64,000 nt of DNA from Paraspadella gotoi (GCA_051294375.1 CM119266.1:8803339-8867338); one strand, 5' to 3'. Positions 1-13,928 are shown, counted from the first letter of the stretch. Numbers and translations: made by a program. The notes: generated by a model from the sequence alone, not told the origin.

Positions 1-1129
1 CTTTGCAGCGGCATTTAAGTACTGTTTTCAGCTCTCCTGGCTTTCTCCTTTTCTCACCGGTTTTAACAGTCGGTCTCTCTCTCTCTCTCTCTACACAATG
101 AGACACAGTTATCGCGAACTTGGCAGGCATATCTTCGTTACCTCCATCTTTCCATTATTTCCTTTCCTTTTAATTTTCTACGGCGACGATTCCAGATGAA
201 TTGAAAAAAAAAAAGATTTAATTAGACAAACGTCAACTTTTATTTTCAACAATGTTAATGATTTTCAACTTTTTTAACGATATTAACAATAAAAAAAATC
301 ATAGTGGAACATAGAAATTATGGACTATTTCTTTCCAGTTCTGTGGTGATTAGTTTGACATTCTCTGCATTTGACATACTAGCTTAGGATGACCTCGTAT
401 CATCAGTTCATTTCATTATACTANNNNNNNNNNNNNNNNNNNNNNNNNAAAGTTTACGAAACCAATACTGCGTCTCTCTCTCTCTCTGCTATCGTTCTTT
501 TGCATCTCTCTTCGTCTCTCGTCTCTTCTTCGTCGTCTCTTCATCTCTCTCTCTCTCTCTCTCGTCCTCTCATCTGCTCTCGCTCTCCTCTCTCAATCCG
601 GCTTTCTCTCTCTCGTCTGGCCGCTTCGTATTTACGAACACCGTTATTTAGCGGATAACCAGAGGTCTATCTCATCTCTCTACGTATCTCGGTCTCATCT
701 CTCGGCATTCATTTGTTTTTAACTTACACTGGTCTTTATGGGCGAGAAACAGTAACCTACTTTTCTCTCTCTCAATGTGCTTGATTACTCGTGCATAGGT
801 CCCGGAATTGTCATTTATTCTCGCCGTTTGTGGAGATGGAGATTGCTCTCGTTCCTGCTGGAGAGCTGCTGATTTCAATCAGGGGCGAAACTTCACTGTA
901 GCTTTCGTCGATGCCGTCACTTGCTCGTCATCGCCGCTCTAACACTTCAGCGAGGGGTCTCGTTCTCTCTCTCTTCGTCTCTCTCTGATTGTATCCGTTT
1001 CTTTGGAAGTAAATTCAATTCTCGATTTTAACGTTAAGTAATCCTCCTGCCGAACAAGGAACCAAATTTGTGGTATTGACGCTTTGGTACCGCTTCACCT
1101 AAAATGCAGGGCTGAACTCAACGCAAGCT

Positions 1130-2073
1130 CCGTTGCTGCCAGATGAATTTCGCAATTTCTCGAAGACAAAGAATAAGACACGCAAAGAGTAGGTGCCGGG
1201 ACAAGGATGAGGAGGGTTTGCGAGTGTGGTTTTCCCTCGGCTGACCGCCCTAGAGACAACTCGCGGGGTGAAGGATGGCTCCGTACCCGCAGGACGGAGT
1301 TTGCGGACTGAATTCCATTGTATATTTAATTCAACCACCGAAATCATCCTGGTAAGGTTGGATGATGGAGTGTATGTGTTTATAGGTAGTATATAGGGCA
1401 CGCTGTTGGGGATGATATGGGGATGATGGGGGGATGTGGGGGAATGTTGGGAGAATGGTCATGGGAATGGCAGGAATGAGGCGAAGTTGTGGGGAAGTGT
1501 GGCATGTTGACGATTTGGGGCCGGAAATCAGTGGTTGTGGTGTGAACCTTCATCTCGCATGTTAGCTCTTGCATTTTGAAAACGGAAAATGACCATAAAG
1601 AATATAAAGAATCAAATGGTAATTAGGGGAATTGGTTAGAAACCGTGATGGAATAGAACTTACTTTTGAGGTAGGGACCGCCTTCATCTCTAAGTCTTGA
1701 AGTGATATCGGAGGATAGGGTCGTTAGCGTATGTACGCGGCCAGCACCCCAAGCCGAAAGGTCAAGCAAATCTTGGTGAATATTCTGGACTCCCTCAATT
1801 CACATTCCTCCGCGGCATCAATAGCATCTCAACCCTCTGAAGGGCGACGGCGCCCCTTCGAGATTCACGTGAGCGCGACACCTGATCCACGCCGGATGTA
1901 ACACGACATTTCTTGAGCCCCAGAGCGCCCAACACCATCTCACACAGTCTTCGTCTCCGCCGCTCACGAGGGAAAAAGACCCCAATAGCCACCTGGCGTA
2001 GGGAGGCGAGAAGGACGCTGGCGAAGAGGTCTACGACCAGTTTTGGGGGAGGATTGAAGAGTGTTTGGAGTAG
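1130..2073 (+). pseudogene. Frameshifted Toll-like receptor-like (LRR-TM-TIR) fragment; pseudogene or unpolished-read copy
   Basis: Collinear motifs across shifting frames: LRR-like LLPDEFRNFS, VVFPRLTALET, GLNSIVYL, LVRLDDGV (1130-1375); hydrophobic VVVV..MLALAF then KRK (about 1530-1590); TIR box1-like TFE..AFISKS (1662-1697); KQILVNILDSLNS (about 1765-1803); PFEIHV; box3-like YDQFWGRIEECLE-stop ending TAG 2071-2073. Many indels and stops; spacing is compressed. Confidence 0.45.
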
Positions 2074-5000
2074 GGGGAGGGGGAGGAGAGAGGGGGGAGG
2101 GAGGGGATTAATGAGAGGAGGTTAGGAGAAATAATTTACTATTGCGTTAGCAGGATAGTCATATACTGTTTGTTTTTTCTTTTTTGTTTTTTTTTTTTTG
2201 TTTTTTTTTGAAAAGAATAACAAATCCAGAGCCTTTTGCCACAATAAAAGAATTCAAGAAAACACGGTAAAATTATTTATTACTGAGCCCGCTCCAAACT
2301 TTCCTCAATCCTAGAAAACCGGTTAGTCTAACATGAATACGGCCGGCCCCGATCCGCACGCGCTACTTCGCAGCGCCTAGATTCCCTCTAATCCTTAAAC
2401 ATTCTTTTAGTAATAAATGGAAATAGTATACATGAAATGAACTGATGGAATACGAAGGGTCATGCCTAAAGCATTGTATGTCAAATGCAAGAGTATGTTC
2501 AAACTTAATCACCGACAGGAAGCTGGGAAAGAAATAGTTCCATGAATATTCTATGTTCCACTTGGATTTATGTTTTAATTCGTTAATTGATCGTTAAAAT
2601 AAGTTGAAAAATCATTAACATCTGTTGCAAATATAAGTTATGAACGTTTGTACTAATACTAAAATATGTGTTTGTTAATGATTTTTCAAAATTAATCATG
2701 GAGGAAATCGTCGCCGGGTAGAAAATGGTAAGAAGGGAACAGGGAAGATGAGATGGAAGATGGAGGTAACGAAGAAGTATGCCGTGGCAAAGTTCGCGAT
2801 ATCTGTGGTCCGTCATTGTGGATTGAAGAGAAGAGAGAAGAGAGATGAGAGAGAGAGAGAGAGGAGGAGAGAGAGAGGGAGAGACGAGACCAGACTGGTT
2901 AAAAAAAAACCTGGTGAGAAAAAGGAAGAAAGCGGCTTCAGGCAGGGAGCTGAAAACAGTACTATGAAATGCCGCCTAGCAAAAGGGGGAAGAAGAAAGA
3001 AAGAATGAAAAAAATAAAAGAGAAACAAAAAAGGAGAGCCAACCCATTGACCACTAATAAATCTGACTATGAAAAGAAGTTAAGAGGAACATCGAGCGAC
3101 ATGAGGCATTGGGGAGAAAACCCTATACCACTGAGGATATGTGTAAAAGCATAAAGAAGATAGGAGAATAGTAGCCCGATAGGAGTGTGTGGAGAGAGAG
3201 AAGAGAGGGAGAGGAGAGAGAGAGAGAGAGACGAGAGAGGGACGTGAGGGAGAGAGAGAGAGATGAGCGAGGAGAAAGAGGAGAGAGAGTAACTATAAAA
3301 TGATTGACACTAATAGAAGAAAAATCAACTGAGATTTTGATTTGATTTGGATTAAATTATGCTCAAATGTGAAAATTTAACACAGTAACATGCATTTGTT
3401 AATGAGTCTGTACATGATATATGTATTGATATGTATACATTGATTTCCAAAGAAATGGTAAAATATAATTTACAGTAAAAGAATTACAAAAGGTGGTACT
3501 ATGCTATATAGTATATTTACATAGTTTCTATTCCAATGTTCAACTGTTTAACGTGAACGTTTTAATTTACACGTTCGCAGCAACTTCTCTCTATATCAAA
3601 TATATGTATTAACGCATATATAGAGAGAGAGAGAAAGAGAGAAGAGACAGACAGCAAGAGAGAAGGAAGAGCAGAGAAGAAGGAGAGAGAGAAGAAATTC
3701 GCGGAAAGAAAAGAAGTGATGATATAAAAAAAAATAAAAAAAATGTATATACGCGAGGCGAATTTCTTCCGCGTATATTGAGCGTTGAGGAGGACTAAAG
3801 AGAATCGGCAGCGAAGACAAATCTCATATAAGTCTTTTCACGATCTTATTGCTGTCGTTTAGTCACGTGAACTTCGGGCGTCCGGAGCGGATCGAGATAA
3901 ATGACATCATAAAAAAAATTCCAAGGAGAGCGATGACAAAAGATATCCGTGATTGGGTGCAAGAGGGATAAATCAGGACACTGGCTATTTTAAGGTTTTA
4001 AACGCGTAAGGAGAACTGACGCAATGTTAATTATTATCCATAAGAATTAGCGGAATTTACACTTGTATAAACATAATCATCACAAATAACACTCCTTATG
4101 CTATGTATCTCCGTACATCTGTCAACTCGTCTACCAATTATCAGCACAGCCAGTGAACCAGTTAGGATACGTGAAGAACTGGAGAGCCGCGCTACTATTA
4201 GTGTCATTAAGCATTTATATTCATGCATGTACATTTATAATATCGTATTAAGGTGTCTGTTTTGTGTTTATGATTCGAACATTGTATAATAGTGGTATAG
4301 TTTTTACTGATGTTTATCGTTTGTTCCCAAGTACTTCTATACACTGTTGTGCCCGTTAACTGTTCTGTCTTTCTGATATGTTGATTGTGACTGTTTTTTG
4401 GTAATTAATAAAAAGAAAAAAGAGGCGTTCCTGCGATTTCTTGCTTCAGCGGAAATAGCTGTGAGATTCGGGCTCCCGTCCGTGATAGCTGCGTTTTGAG
4501 TTCATTCCACGGCTCCCTTTTGGGTCAAGACAATGGACGAAGAACTGGGATGAACCCGAAGAGACTGTCAAAAGCAATAGAAGCAGGAGAGTTTTCTCTT
4601 CTCTAACGCTTATAATATCGTTGTCCTGCTTCGCTTTTTGTTCTCAGAAAAAGCGCTTCATTTAAAAAGAATAACTATATTGTGTATTTATTATAAATGC
4701 GTTACTCTCAAAATGTAGATAAAGTGAGCTTTTAGAAATATCACGAAATAAAGTTGGCGGAGAAACAATAGCAACAAAGAGGAGATAAAGAATAATCTAC
4801 GCAAAGGTCTGTAAAGGGTTATTTATTTTTTTCTTAACAAGATTAAAACATTATAATTTTCGCTTGCAACGACAAATAATTCAAGTTTTATTTTGCATAT
4901 TTCGAATACATCATAATTATTACTAATTCGCATTATCGCATGTCATATCAACCAACAGCTGAGTTATAGGTAAACACCCAATCATCAGAGTCCTCAAGTT

Positions 5001-6214
5001 GTTCTTCTTAAAGTGTTTTGCGTTGTTGTTTTCCGTCACATTTCGCCTGTTGTTGCAGTTCGTGTGTTGATTGAGTTATATTTTTTTTTAAAAAAGATCA
5101 CATTTCGCGGTATTATTCGTCCTCAGCGTCTCACGATTGGAATATTCATTGAAGTTTCCATCATGCACGCGAACTTTTTTTCGCTTCGAGGTTTGCGACA
5201 TGAATTTATCTACGTGTCAGAAAGAAGCATCTCGATTCTCTTTAAGATCTCATTTCTAGCACTGACTGTAGATTAGAGTGATCTGCATTAGCTTGTTAAT
5301 CGAGAACCGACATGGTCATCGAGACTGTGAATTAACGCGATATTGCTGGAAACAGTTCTATATCGGCGCCACTGTGTAGGATTCGAAGGGGTGATGCTTG
5401 TTTGAAGGTCCAAGGGACAAAATAATAGACACAGCATTATTCTCATAGATTAAGAGATAATGATTGAAATGAAATTTAGGCCATACTGGTAGATTAAAGT
5501 GATATTCTTATGCCTTGAGAAGGTATCTAATCGGCCATTATTACGACTGGCCATCCTAATGATATTACGTATTTAATTGAAATATGATCTTAGAGCGCAA
5601 TGCTGCTAGATCCGTAAGTGTGACAAAAGCTCGTATGGACAAAATGGCGCATCTGTTCCAGTTCAGAGAATATAAGCTTAAAAACACTACATTCGAGGGT
5701 GCAGGATCTGTAGATTTCAAAGAACGGACGGCATGTTAGAGGTAGACCATGAACAAATGATTCACACTGCGGGTAAACGGATAACAAGAGAGAGAGAGAG
5801 AGAGCATTGGTTCGTAAACTTCGAAGGTCGCGAGTTTGCCACATCATTTTGCTTTTGCGTGTTTGTCAAAAACCGTAGCCGATTTTTTAAAATTATTATT
5901 AAAAAAAACGACGATGACAATAACATATTAAAATGTCTTAATATCTTTTTGGAAATTTTAATGCCTCTGAAGTAACGTTATTTTTATATGATTTTAAAGA
6001 TTTTTAAATAATTTAACTCAAATCTCAATTTGTAATTATAATTCTAAAGCAATCAAATGTTGTTTTTTTTTTTCAATAGAATTTCACAAAAATCGTAATT
6101 AACTAGCATCAACTTACGTCGAATAATTATGACGGAAAAAATAGATAATCATTATCCGAAATAGAAAAATAAGAATTACCGCAAAATGCAAATGAGAATA
6201 AACAACCACTACAA

Positions 6215-6387
6215 CTATTTCCGTTTCACCTGCTTGTGACCCTGAATCTTCTCTTCGTAGTTGTTGTAGCCTTCGCCCAAGGCGTCGCCTTTGTCCATCA
6301 GCTCCTGCAAATGCTCCAGTTGCGCTTTGACTTCCTCAGGGTCCCGCTGACCCATCGGCTCCTCGTACTCTACCGACGGCGCTGGAG
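6215..6387 (-). CDS. Dab-like gene exon 11 (C-terminal; APAPSVEYEEPMGQRDPEEVKAQLEHLQELMDKG..)
   Basis: Acceptor TTCTCAG, phase 1 matches exon 10. Ends at TAG (6215), or alternatively splices at CAG|GTGAAA (6230). Confidence 0.7.
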
Positions 6388-7262
6388 CTGAGAAGTTAGA
6401 TTCTTGAGTCAGTATTACACACTCGCACGCACACACATACACACACACACACACACTATTTAAAAACCAAAAAAAGAAGTAACAAGGAACGGTTATTCCA
6501 AGTTGTTGCGCCGCATTACTTTTCTTTTTACTTATCATATCATTTATTCCTTATTGTTTATAAGATTTTTTTAAAGACAAATGGCGGCGCCAGTAGTCAC
6601 TTAAATTTGATTTTTAACCAATGAGCATCAAACTATAGGCAAGTTATATGCGTTTTTAACGTAAGTGGGATAGACCGACGGACAGATATACCGACGGACC
6701 GACCGACGGACCGACCGACCGACCAAAAAGTGACTTTAAGAGTTGCTCCGCGAGTACTCGCGGCGCAATTAAAAAGAATAAAAATAACTTACCCGGTTTT
6801 TCCCCATTTAAACAATTTTTTTTCCTGTTTTTTCGATCCTCTCAATAAATATCGTCTTCCCCCCTTTCGCCACCCTGTTTGTTTCCCCATACCCTACACC
6901 TATACCCCTGCCATTCAAAACCCCCATCCACCTCGCTTACCACCCCACACTTCCGTCTTCCCCCAAACGGGCCGCGAGTCTGATCCTCGTTAATTCCTCG
7001 TTCCCCGACGAGCTCGCGCCACTTCCGGTCCACCAGGTCAAGAGGTCACGGTCGCCCGCCGTTTGAACGATGAGATTCTGACCCCCGGATCTGACCCCGG
7101 CTGTGACCCTTGGCGTGACTCCGCGGTAATATTCACGTGAAAGAGAAAAGGGAGATAGAAAAAAAACCCAAGCCTCTTCTATCTAATGCCGTGTGAAAGA
7201 TTGCTCTTTATTTGGGGGGGAGGGAGGTTGAGCGGTCTTGCCGATCTCTCGCGCTCTTCTCT

Positions 7263-7327
<65 letters not shown>

Positions 7328-10300
7328 TTTGTCTACTCTCTTTGCATAGATGACTTAAGGAAACCCAGTGATCGAGGGGTCAGGGGGGGTAAAAGGCTGA
7401 TATCATAACGTTTGGTCCTTCAATCTCCCCCCGATTCCAAAAATGTAATCCTCTCTTCTCTAGTCCAATGGGAAAGTGGTCAAAAAATTCGCATGTTGTC
7501 ACGCTCGCCTATTTTTTGTTTAAAAATTCGGTAAGGTGCAAATCTTTTCCAAGTTTCGATTTTTTTTTTACGTAAAGATGCGTATAGAATTTCTTTTTTG
7601 TTCCAACTTTACCATAAAATTAATTCTTGAAATCCGACAATGACGACAACGAACATAACGAAAAAAGACAAAAAACCAATAGAATAGAGAATAGAGATGA
7701 CGAAAACGACGGCGAAGACGAAAAAAATGGATAACAAACAAAAACAACGACCGAAACGTCGACGAAAATGATAACAAAGACGACAACAACAACAAAAAAC
7801 GATGATGAAAGCAACAACAGACGATGACAACAACGATGAAGACGACAACGACGAAGATGACAACAATAACAACAACGATGAAAACAACGACGAAGCGACA
7901 ACAAAAACATCAAAGACGACGACAACAATAACGATGACAAAAACGAAAACTCCGAAAACGACAACGAGAAGACGACAACAACGACGACGAAACGACAACA
8001 AAGACGATGATGAAAACGCACCAAAGACCACGACGACGACAACGACGAAGAGGACGACAAAAACAAAGGCGAAAACGACGATGAAATAAGGCGAAGACCA
8101 TGACAAAAATATGACGAAGTAAAAGACAACAAAGAGTACGGCAGCAAAAAAGAGAGAGAGAAAGAAAGAGAGAGAAAAAAAGAGAGTTTCAAATTTAAAC
8201 AAGCACGGGGATTTAGTTGACTGTTGATTCTCTCTCTTTCTCTCTCTCTTTCTCTCTCTCTCTTTCTCTTCCGATCGTCAACAGATTCCAAAGTACAGAT
8301 TAATAAGTTAATCATTGAATTGTGAATGTGTGGATTATGATGAGCGAAAACGACAAACAATAACAAAAAAACAGTGAATATGACGAAAAAAGTTGAAGAA
8401 ACACGACGACGAAGAGGAAGAACAAAACCGAAACGAAAAAGACAAAGAAGACGAAAACGACGATTGAAAGGAAGACCAAACCGACGACGAAAAAAGAAGG
8501 ACGGAAAACGACGGGCGAAGACGACGAAAAAGATGAAGCCGGAAAACGACGAAGCGAAAACGACGGTTGAAGATGACGGCAAAGGACGAACTCATAAACA
8601 CTGTCAAATGAATTTTTTATTATAAAATTTTTTGACATAGTTCGTAATAAACTTTTCTTTTTCGTTGTTTATGTGTATTAAGAGGCAATTTGGTTCCTCA
8701 CCACTTGACCACTATTCTTTCTTAAATCTGTTGTGGAACTTTGCCCTAGCACTCTTCTTTCTCTGTAAGAGAAAGGCCCGACAGACCGACCAAATGAATT
8801 GACGGAACAAAGGACGAGCAGACCGAGTTTCGTTATGACCAGTTGACCGGACTGATATTGACCGTACGACTCATTCGCAAGTCATTTCTCTCCTCTTTTC
8901 TCTCTCTCTTACCAGTTTTCTCCCGCCCTTTCTCTCTAATACTTTACCTTGGGACAAACCAGACAGACCCCGAGTTTAGTTCAACTTTGATCACGAATTT
9001 GCTTACGATTTTCTTTTGGACACAACTAATTTCTCAACGTTATTTTCTACGGATTTTTCCTATTTCTTGTGTTGGTTTTGGCAGTGGTTTTTGTGATTTG
9101 TGTTTCTTGATTTAGTCGTGAAATTTTCCTGCTTGATTTACGTGACTTACTCGATTATTTCCATTTAAATTTATATTTCGTCTCATTATTTGGTCCATTT
9201 CGAGTTTATCTCTTCGTGATATTTTCGACGTTCGAGATCTCGTCAGATTACGTTTACGTCTCTCTCGCGACGAGCCACGCCTACCTCGCGACCCGGGAGA
9301 GCCAGTCTCTCTACACTCTCTCTCTCTTCTCATCTCTCTCCTTCTTTCACACGAAAAAACGTCAACCATTCAAAATTATTGACGCTAATGAAGGCTTGCA
9401 TTCAAAGCCGAAACGTTTCAGATGTTTCTTGAAATAAAAAATTTGTAAACTGAAACCAAATTTGCCTATAAATTATTATAACGAGTGAGATAGAGATGAG
9501 AGAGAAAGAAAACAAAATAAATAAAATCAACATGCCATTTCAATTTTATTATCAAGTTTTGAATTACCCTGCAAGAATTTGCTGGTCGACTTTTAGGAAC
9601 TCAAATGATTCCAACAAAGACGAAGACGACGACGAACTCTTTGTACTCTGTACCTTAGTGCCGTAGTACTGTAGTAGTTTTTCTGTTTGAAAAAATTGGT
9701 TAAGAATTAAAGTGTATTCATCACTGTTTACTAACTTACAATAGCATTTCAGTGTTCAAAAACGGCATATTATAGTTGAAATTGTGTCCGGATGTTGAGC
9801 ACACTTTCCGTCTGGGCCACTTCGTAAGCTGACTATTTTTTTTCTCAAAAACAAAAATTTTTAAAAAAATCAGGAATAGATAAAAATTTAAGGTATGAAC
9901 AAATTTAATTCAGTTTCTTTAAATAAGTCAAATCATTAATTGGATCAAAGTATAACCTCCAACATTAGTACAAGTATAAGAAGAAGGGAAGCGCTCTTTA
10001 TCTCTCCTAAAATTCAATCTGTTTGTGAACAAGAGTCAAAGGAAACGGAAAGATATTTCAGGGGTCATGACAAATGTTTACCAAATGAAATAACATCCTT
10101 GTTCGATTTTAAGAGGGATTTGGTTTGTTTTCGTACTTTCCTGTGCGTATCTGAAAAATATAATACCACTATTAAAATTCCTTTATTAAAGGAGGCCCAG
10201 ACGCAAGAATTCAGCTTTTTGCATTAAAAATAAAAATTCGAAATTCATGGAAAAATGACTTCCCAAGTGAAAGTAAGAGAATGGAGGGTATCAGTATTTA

Positions 10301-12148
10301 GGAGATCAATTAAAACATTTTCCAATAAATATCTTGTCCTTGTTCGATTGCAACAAGGAGATGGACTTTTTTCTCCACTTTCCCGCGCGAAGAAAAATTA
10401 ATGACTACTACCATTCAAATTCCTTTAATGATTAGCCCTTAAGCTTATGATATCATTTTTATCACTGGGTCCCCTTAAAAAACCAAACAAAAGTTTTTCA
10501 TATAAAATAAAATATCATAAAATAGTAAAATCAAGTCCTCTGTTAGTTAGTCATCTCCACTTTGAGAGAGTCTTGATTAAAAGCTCGTTATTTTCTTGTA
10601 AAAGTGACAGAAGCCTTAACCCACTACAGCCTGGCCTAAGTCAGGGTCAAGATAGCTTGTATATCGAATCAACGTTGGATGAACCAATCAATAAATGAGT
10701 AATGACTCGGAAACGATTAAAGTGTTTATCCAAAAACTAAAAATAAGAAAATATTCGAATAATCAACAAACAAAAAAAAACGAATCCGACTCCCAGTCCT
10801 CCCTCCACATGTTCTACCTTCCGGCATTCCTATAACTGATCGATAGGAGGCGCTGCGTCCCTTCATCTCCTCTATCATGACTTCGTCTCCGATCGTCTTT
10901 TGTTTCTGCTTCATCAACTGCTGCACCTTGACCTCGAAGGAGAGGGCGATCAGCTCCTGCAGGGCGCTGACGAGGTTTTCCGAGGTGCGCTCCATGCTCT
11001 TCAGTCCGAGGAAGAGGTACTTGCCTTCCGTCTCGGCGATGTAGCCGCAACCGCGAGGCTCCTTGGATTGAAAAAAGCGGTTGCTTAAATGATTGATTGA
11101 TTTGTTTATTCGATTTTTTAATATTTTGATTGGCTGATTAATTCATTGCTCGATTCATTAATTTATTTATTGATTATTTGATTGATTTACTTATTAATTA
11201 ATTAATGAAAACCATCAATCAATTATTCAGTCAATTTAGGAATAATCAATTCAAATAATCAATCAAGATATAAATTATTGAATATTCACTCAATAAATCA
11301 ATCAGTCAGTCAATCAATCAATCAATTGATTAATTAATTATTGACAAAATATCTCTGACCTTCACGTCGAACGCTATGAAGACGAGTTGGTGAACTTTGT
11401 GAAAGTAGAGGAGCCGCCTCGACTTTTCCTCCATCACGCGAATTCCTTCCAACGCCACGTCGACGGTGATGCGCGTCTTGTGCTCCTTCGTCGACACCAA
11501 CTCCGCCTTCAGTCGCTCCAACGCGTCTTCGCACATCTTCATCTTGTCGCCGACGTTGGAGCCGAGGTCTTCGGCTCCCACTAGCTGTTCGAGCGGCGTG
11601 AATAAAAAGAATTATATAAATCAGTATTTCCATATAAATTATAATATATGAGGTATAAGCAACGAATCAATTATCTATTATGGGTTTGAACTGGCTTTTT
11701 TAAAAGGAATTAAAACGGGTAAAAGTTGACAACAGGTAGTGCATTAAATTTTCAAACAAAACGTCAATTATTTCGTTTTTATGATTATTATCATCGACAT
11801 TACAATTATTAATACTATTATTACTACTATTCTTCTTACTCTACTTCTTCTTCTTCTTCTTTTACTTCTTCTTCCTCGTCATTCTAGCAGTCAAGTCAGA
11901 CTTGTATGAATTAAATTTTACCCCTATTTACCAAACAAAACAATTTACGAACCCTCCTTTTCATAACATCCAACCTTCGCTCGAAATTCGAGTCCGTAAT
12001 TATATTTAGCGATGTCGTCGTCCAGAGTCGGTTTCTTTCGGTTTCTCGCTTTCGGAGTCGAACCCGATTTTTTGGGGATGTAGATCTCCACGCCGAAGGT
12101 TTCCACTTGCTGAGGAATGAAGGATTGATTCATTTGATTGAGTAGTTG

Positions 12149-12204
<56 letters not shown>

Positions 12205-12566
12205 TTAGGTTGATAGGTTTATTGATTGATTGTTAGATTGATAGATATACTTTTGTCAAATCAACAGTTTCTTTAATCTCATTTGCATATTGCAGCGCGG
12301 GTAATTAGGGCTTGTATTCGTCATCTTTAATCTTTTTTTATTTTATATTTTATTATCACAAAAATCTTCTCTTCTCTTCTCTTCTCTTCTCTTCTCTTCT
12401 CTTCTCTTCTCTTCTCTTCTCTTCTTTTCTCCTCTCTTCTCCTCTCTCCTTACTCTTGATTCCCCAGAACTTTCCATCCCGCGTTGATTTGGAGGATCTG
12501 GCGTCGTCGCAGATGCCGATGCCGGGGCCGATGCAGTTGGGGCTTCATCTTCTGAATGAGAATCTA

Positions 12567-12613
<47 letters not shown>

Positions 12614-13928
12614 ATTTTCTGAGACGGAGTGACAGAAAGAATAAATTGAAACGAAAAACGGTAAAACAAAACAAAAACGAATTAAAAACTTTGTTTTCTT
12701 TCTCTTCAAAAAAAAAAAAAAAGGATGAGACTCAACCCTAAGAGAAGAAAAAAAGGAGGAAGGAAAGTAAAAAAAAGAAAGAAAAAAAAAACCCTTTAAA
12801 AGCGCTGGAGGAGAAGAAAATGAAGAAAAGCAAATAGAGGGATGGAAAGAAGAAAGAAAGAAGAAAAAATTCCGCTAGGAGGAGAAAAGGAATTCTGACG
12901 TCGAAAACAAACAAAAGACGCCTGAAAAAACAATGAAGTTCTCCACGCGTAACAAAGACTCAAAAAAAAAAAAAGAAAACCGAAGGAAGGGGGAGAGACG
13001 TTTTTGTTTTCTTTTTGTTTTCTTTTTGTTTTTCGTCTTACTTCACTTCTTCGGATAATTTTTCGAGAGATTGTTTTTTTGTTGTTTTTTTTCCTTCTTC
13101 ACAGTTTTAAACGTTAATTAAGACGTTACATTTAAATTATGTAGTATGCGATTTCTTGCGTTATGTTATGTTATGTTATGTTATGTTTTTTTTCAATTTA
13201 TTTTTGTTGCGTTTGGGTTTAGTTTTTTTAAGAATCAAGGTTATAAACTTTGTAAACAACATTTTTTAATCTTCCTGTGCTTTTTTTATGAAGTTTTTTA
13301 ACTACATACAATTATTAAACTCCTTTATAATTTTTTTTTATTTTCCTTTTTTAAGTTTTTTTTAACTTCTTTTCTTTTCTTTTTCTTTTATCTTTCTTTT
13401 CTTTTTCCTCCATTTTGTTTTCTCTTTCAGTTTTCACCTTCTTCCTCCGGTGGCTTCGATAGATCTTCGTCCGAATCAGATTCTGAATTTTAAAATTCGA
13501 TTATTAATTTTAAAATAAAAATGAAAATATTACTATTTATAAATATAACTATATAACTATTGAATTGTAGATAGCTTTAGCAGAAAGAAAATCTAAATTT
13601 AATTTAACCTATATCAATTTTATTTCAATTATTTCATTTTAATTCATTTAAATTTCGTTCTAAATTAAATTTAAATTTAGAAACCAAATGATAAAATTTT
13701 TCACAAATCAACAACCTGACGAAGACGACGACGACGACGACGACGATGGCGGAACGCGACCTTTCACGTGAATGACTTTTCGGTCTTCGTCCTCGTTTGG
13801 TTTTTTTGTCGTCGTCGTCATCGTCGTCGTCGTCGTCGTTGTTGTTGTTGTTGCTGACGTCTGGTCTGGATTATCCACCAGAAGATTTGATGACAATTCC
13901 ATCTGCTACAAATGCCGACACCAATGGT

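Noticed and set aside
7609-8638. Long overlapping ORFs of 197-320 aa
   Set aside because: Translations of degenerate ACG/AAC repeats lacking stops; no domain or splice support.
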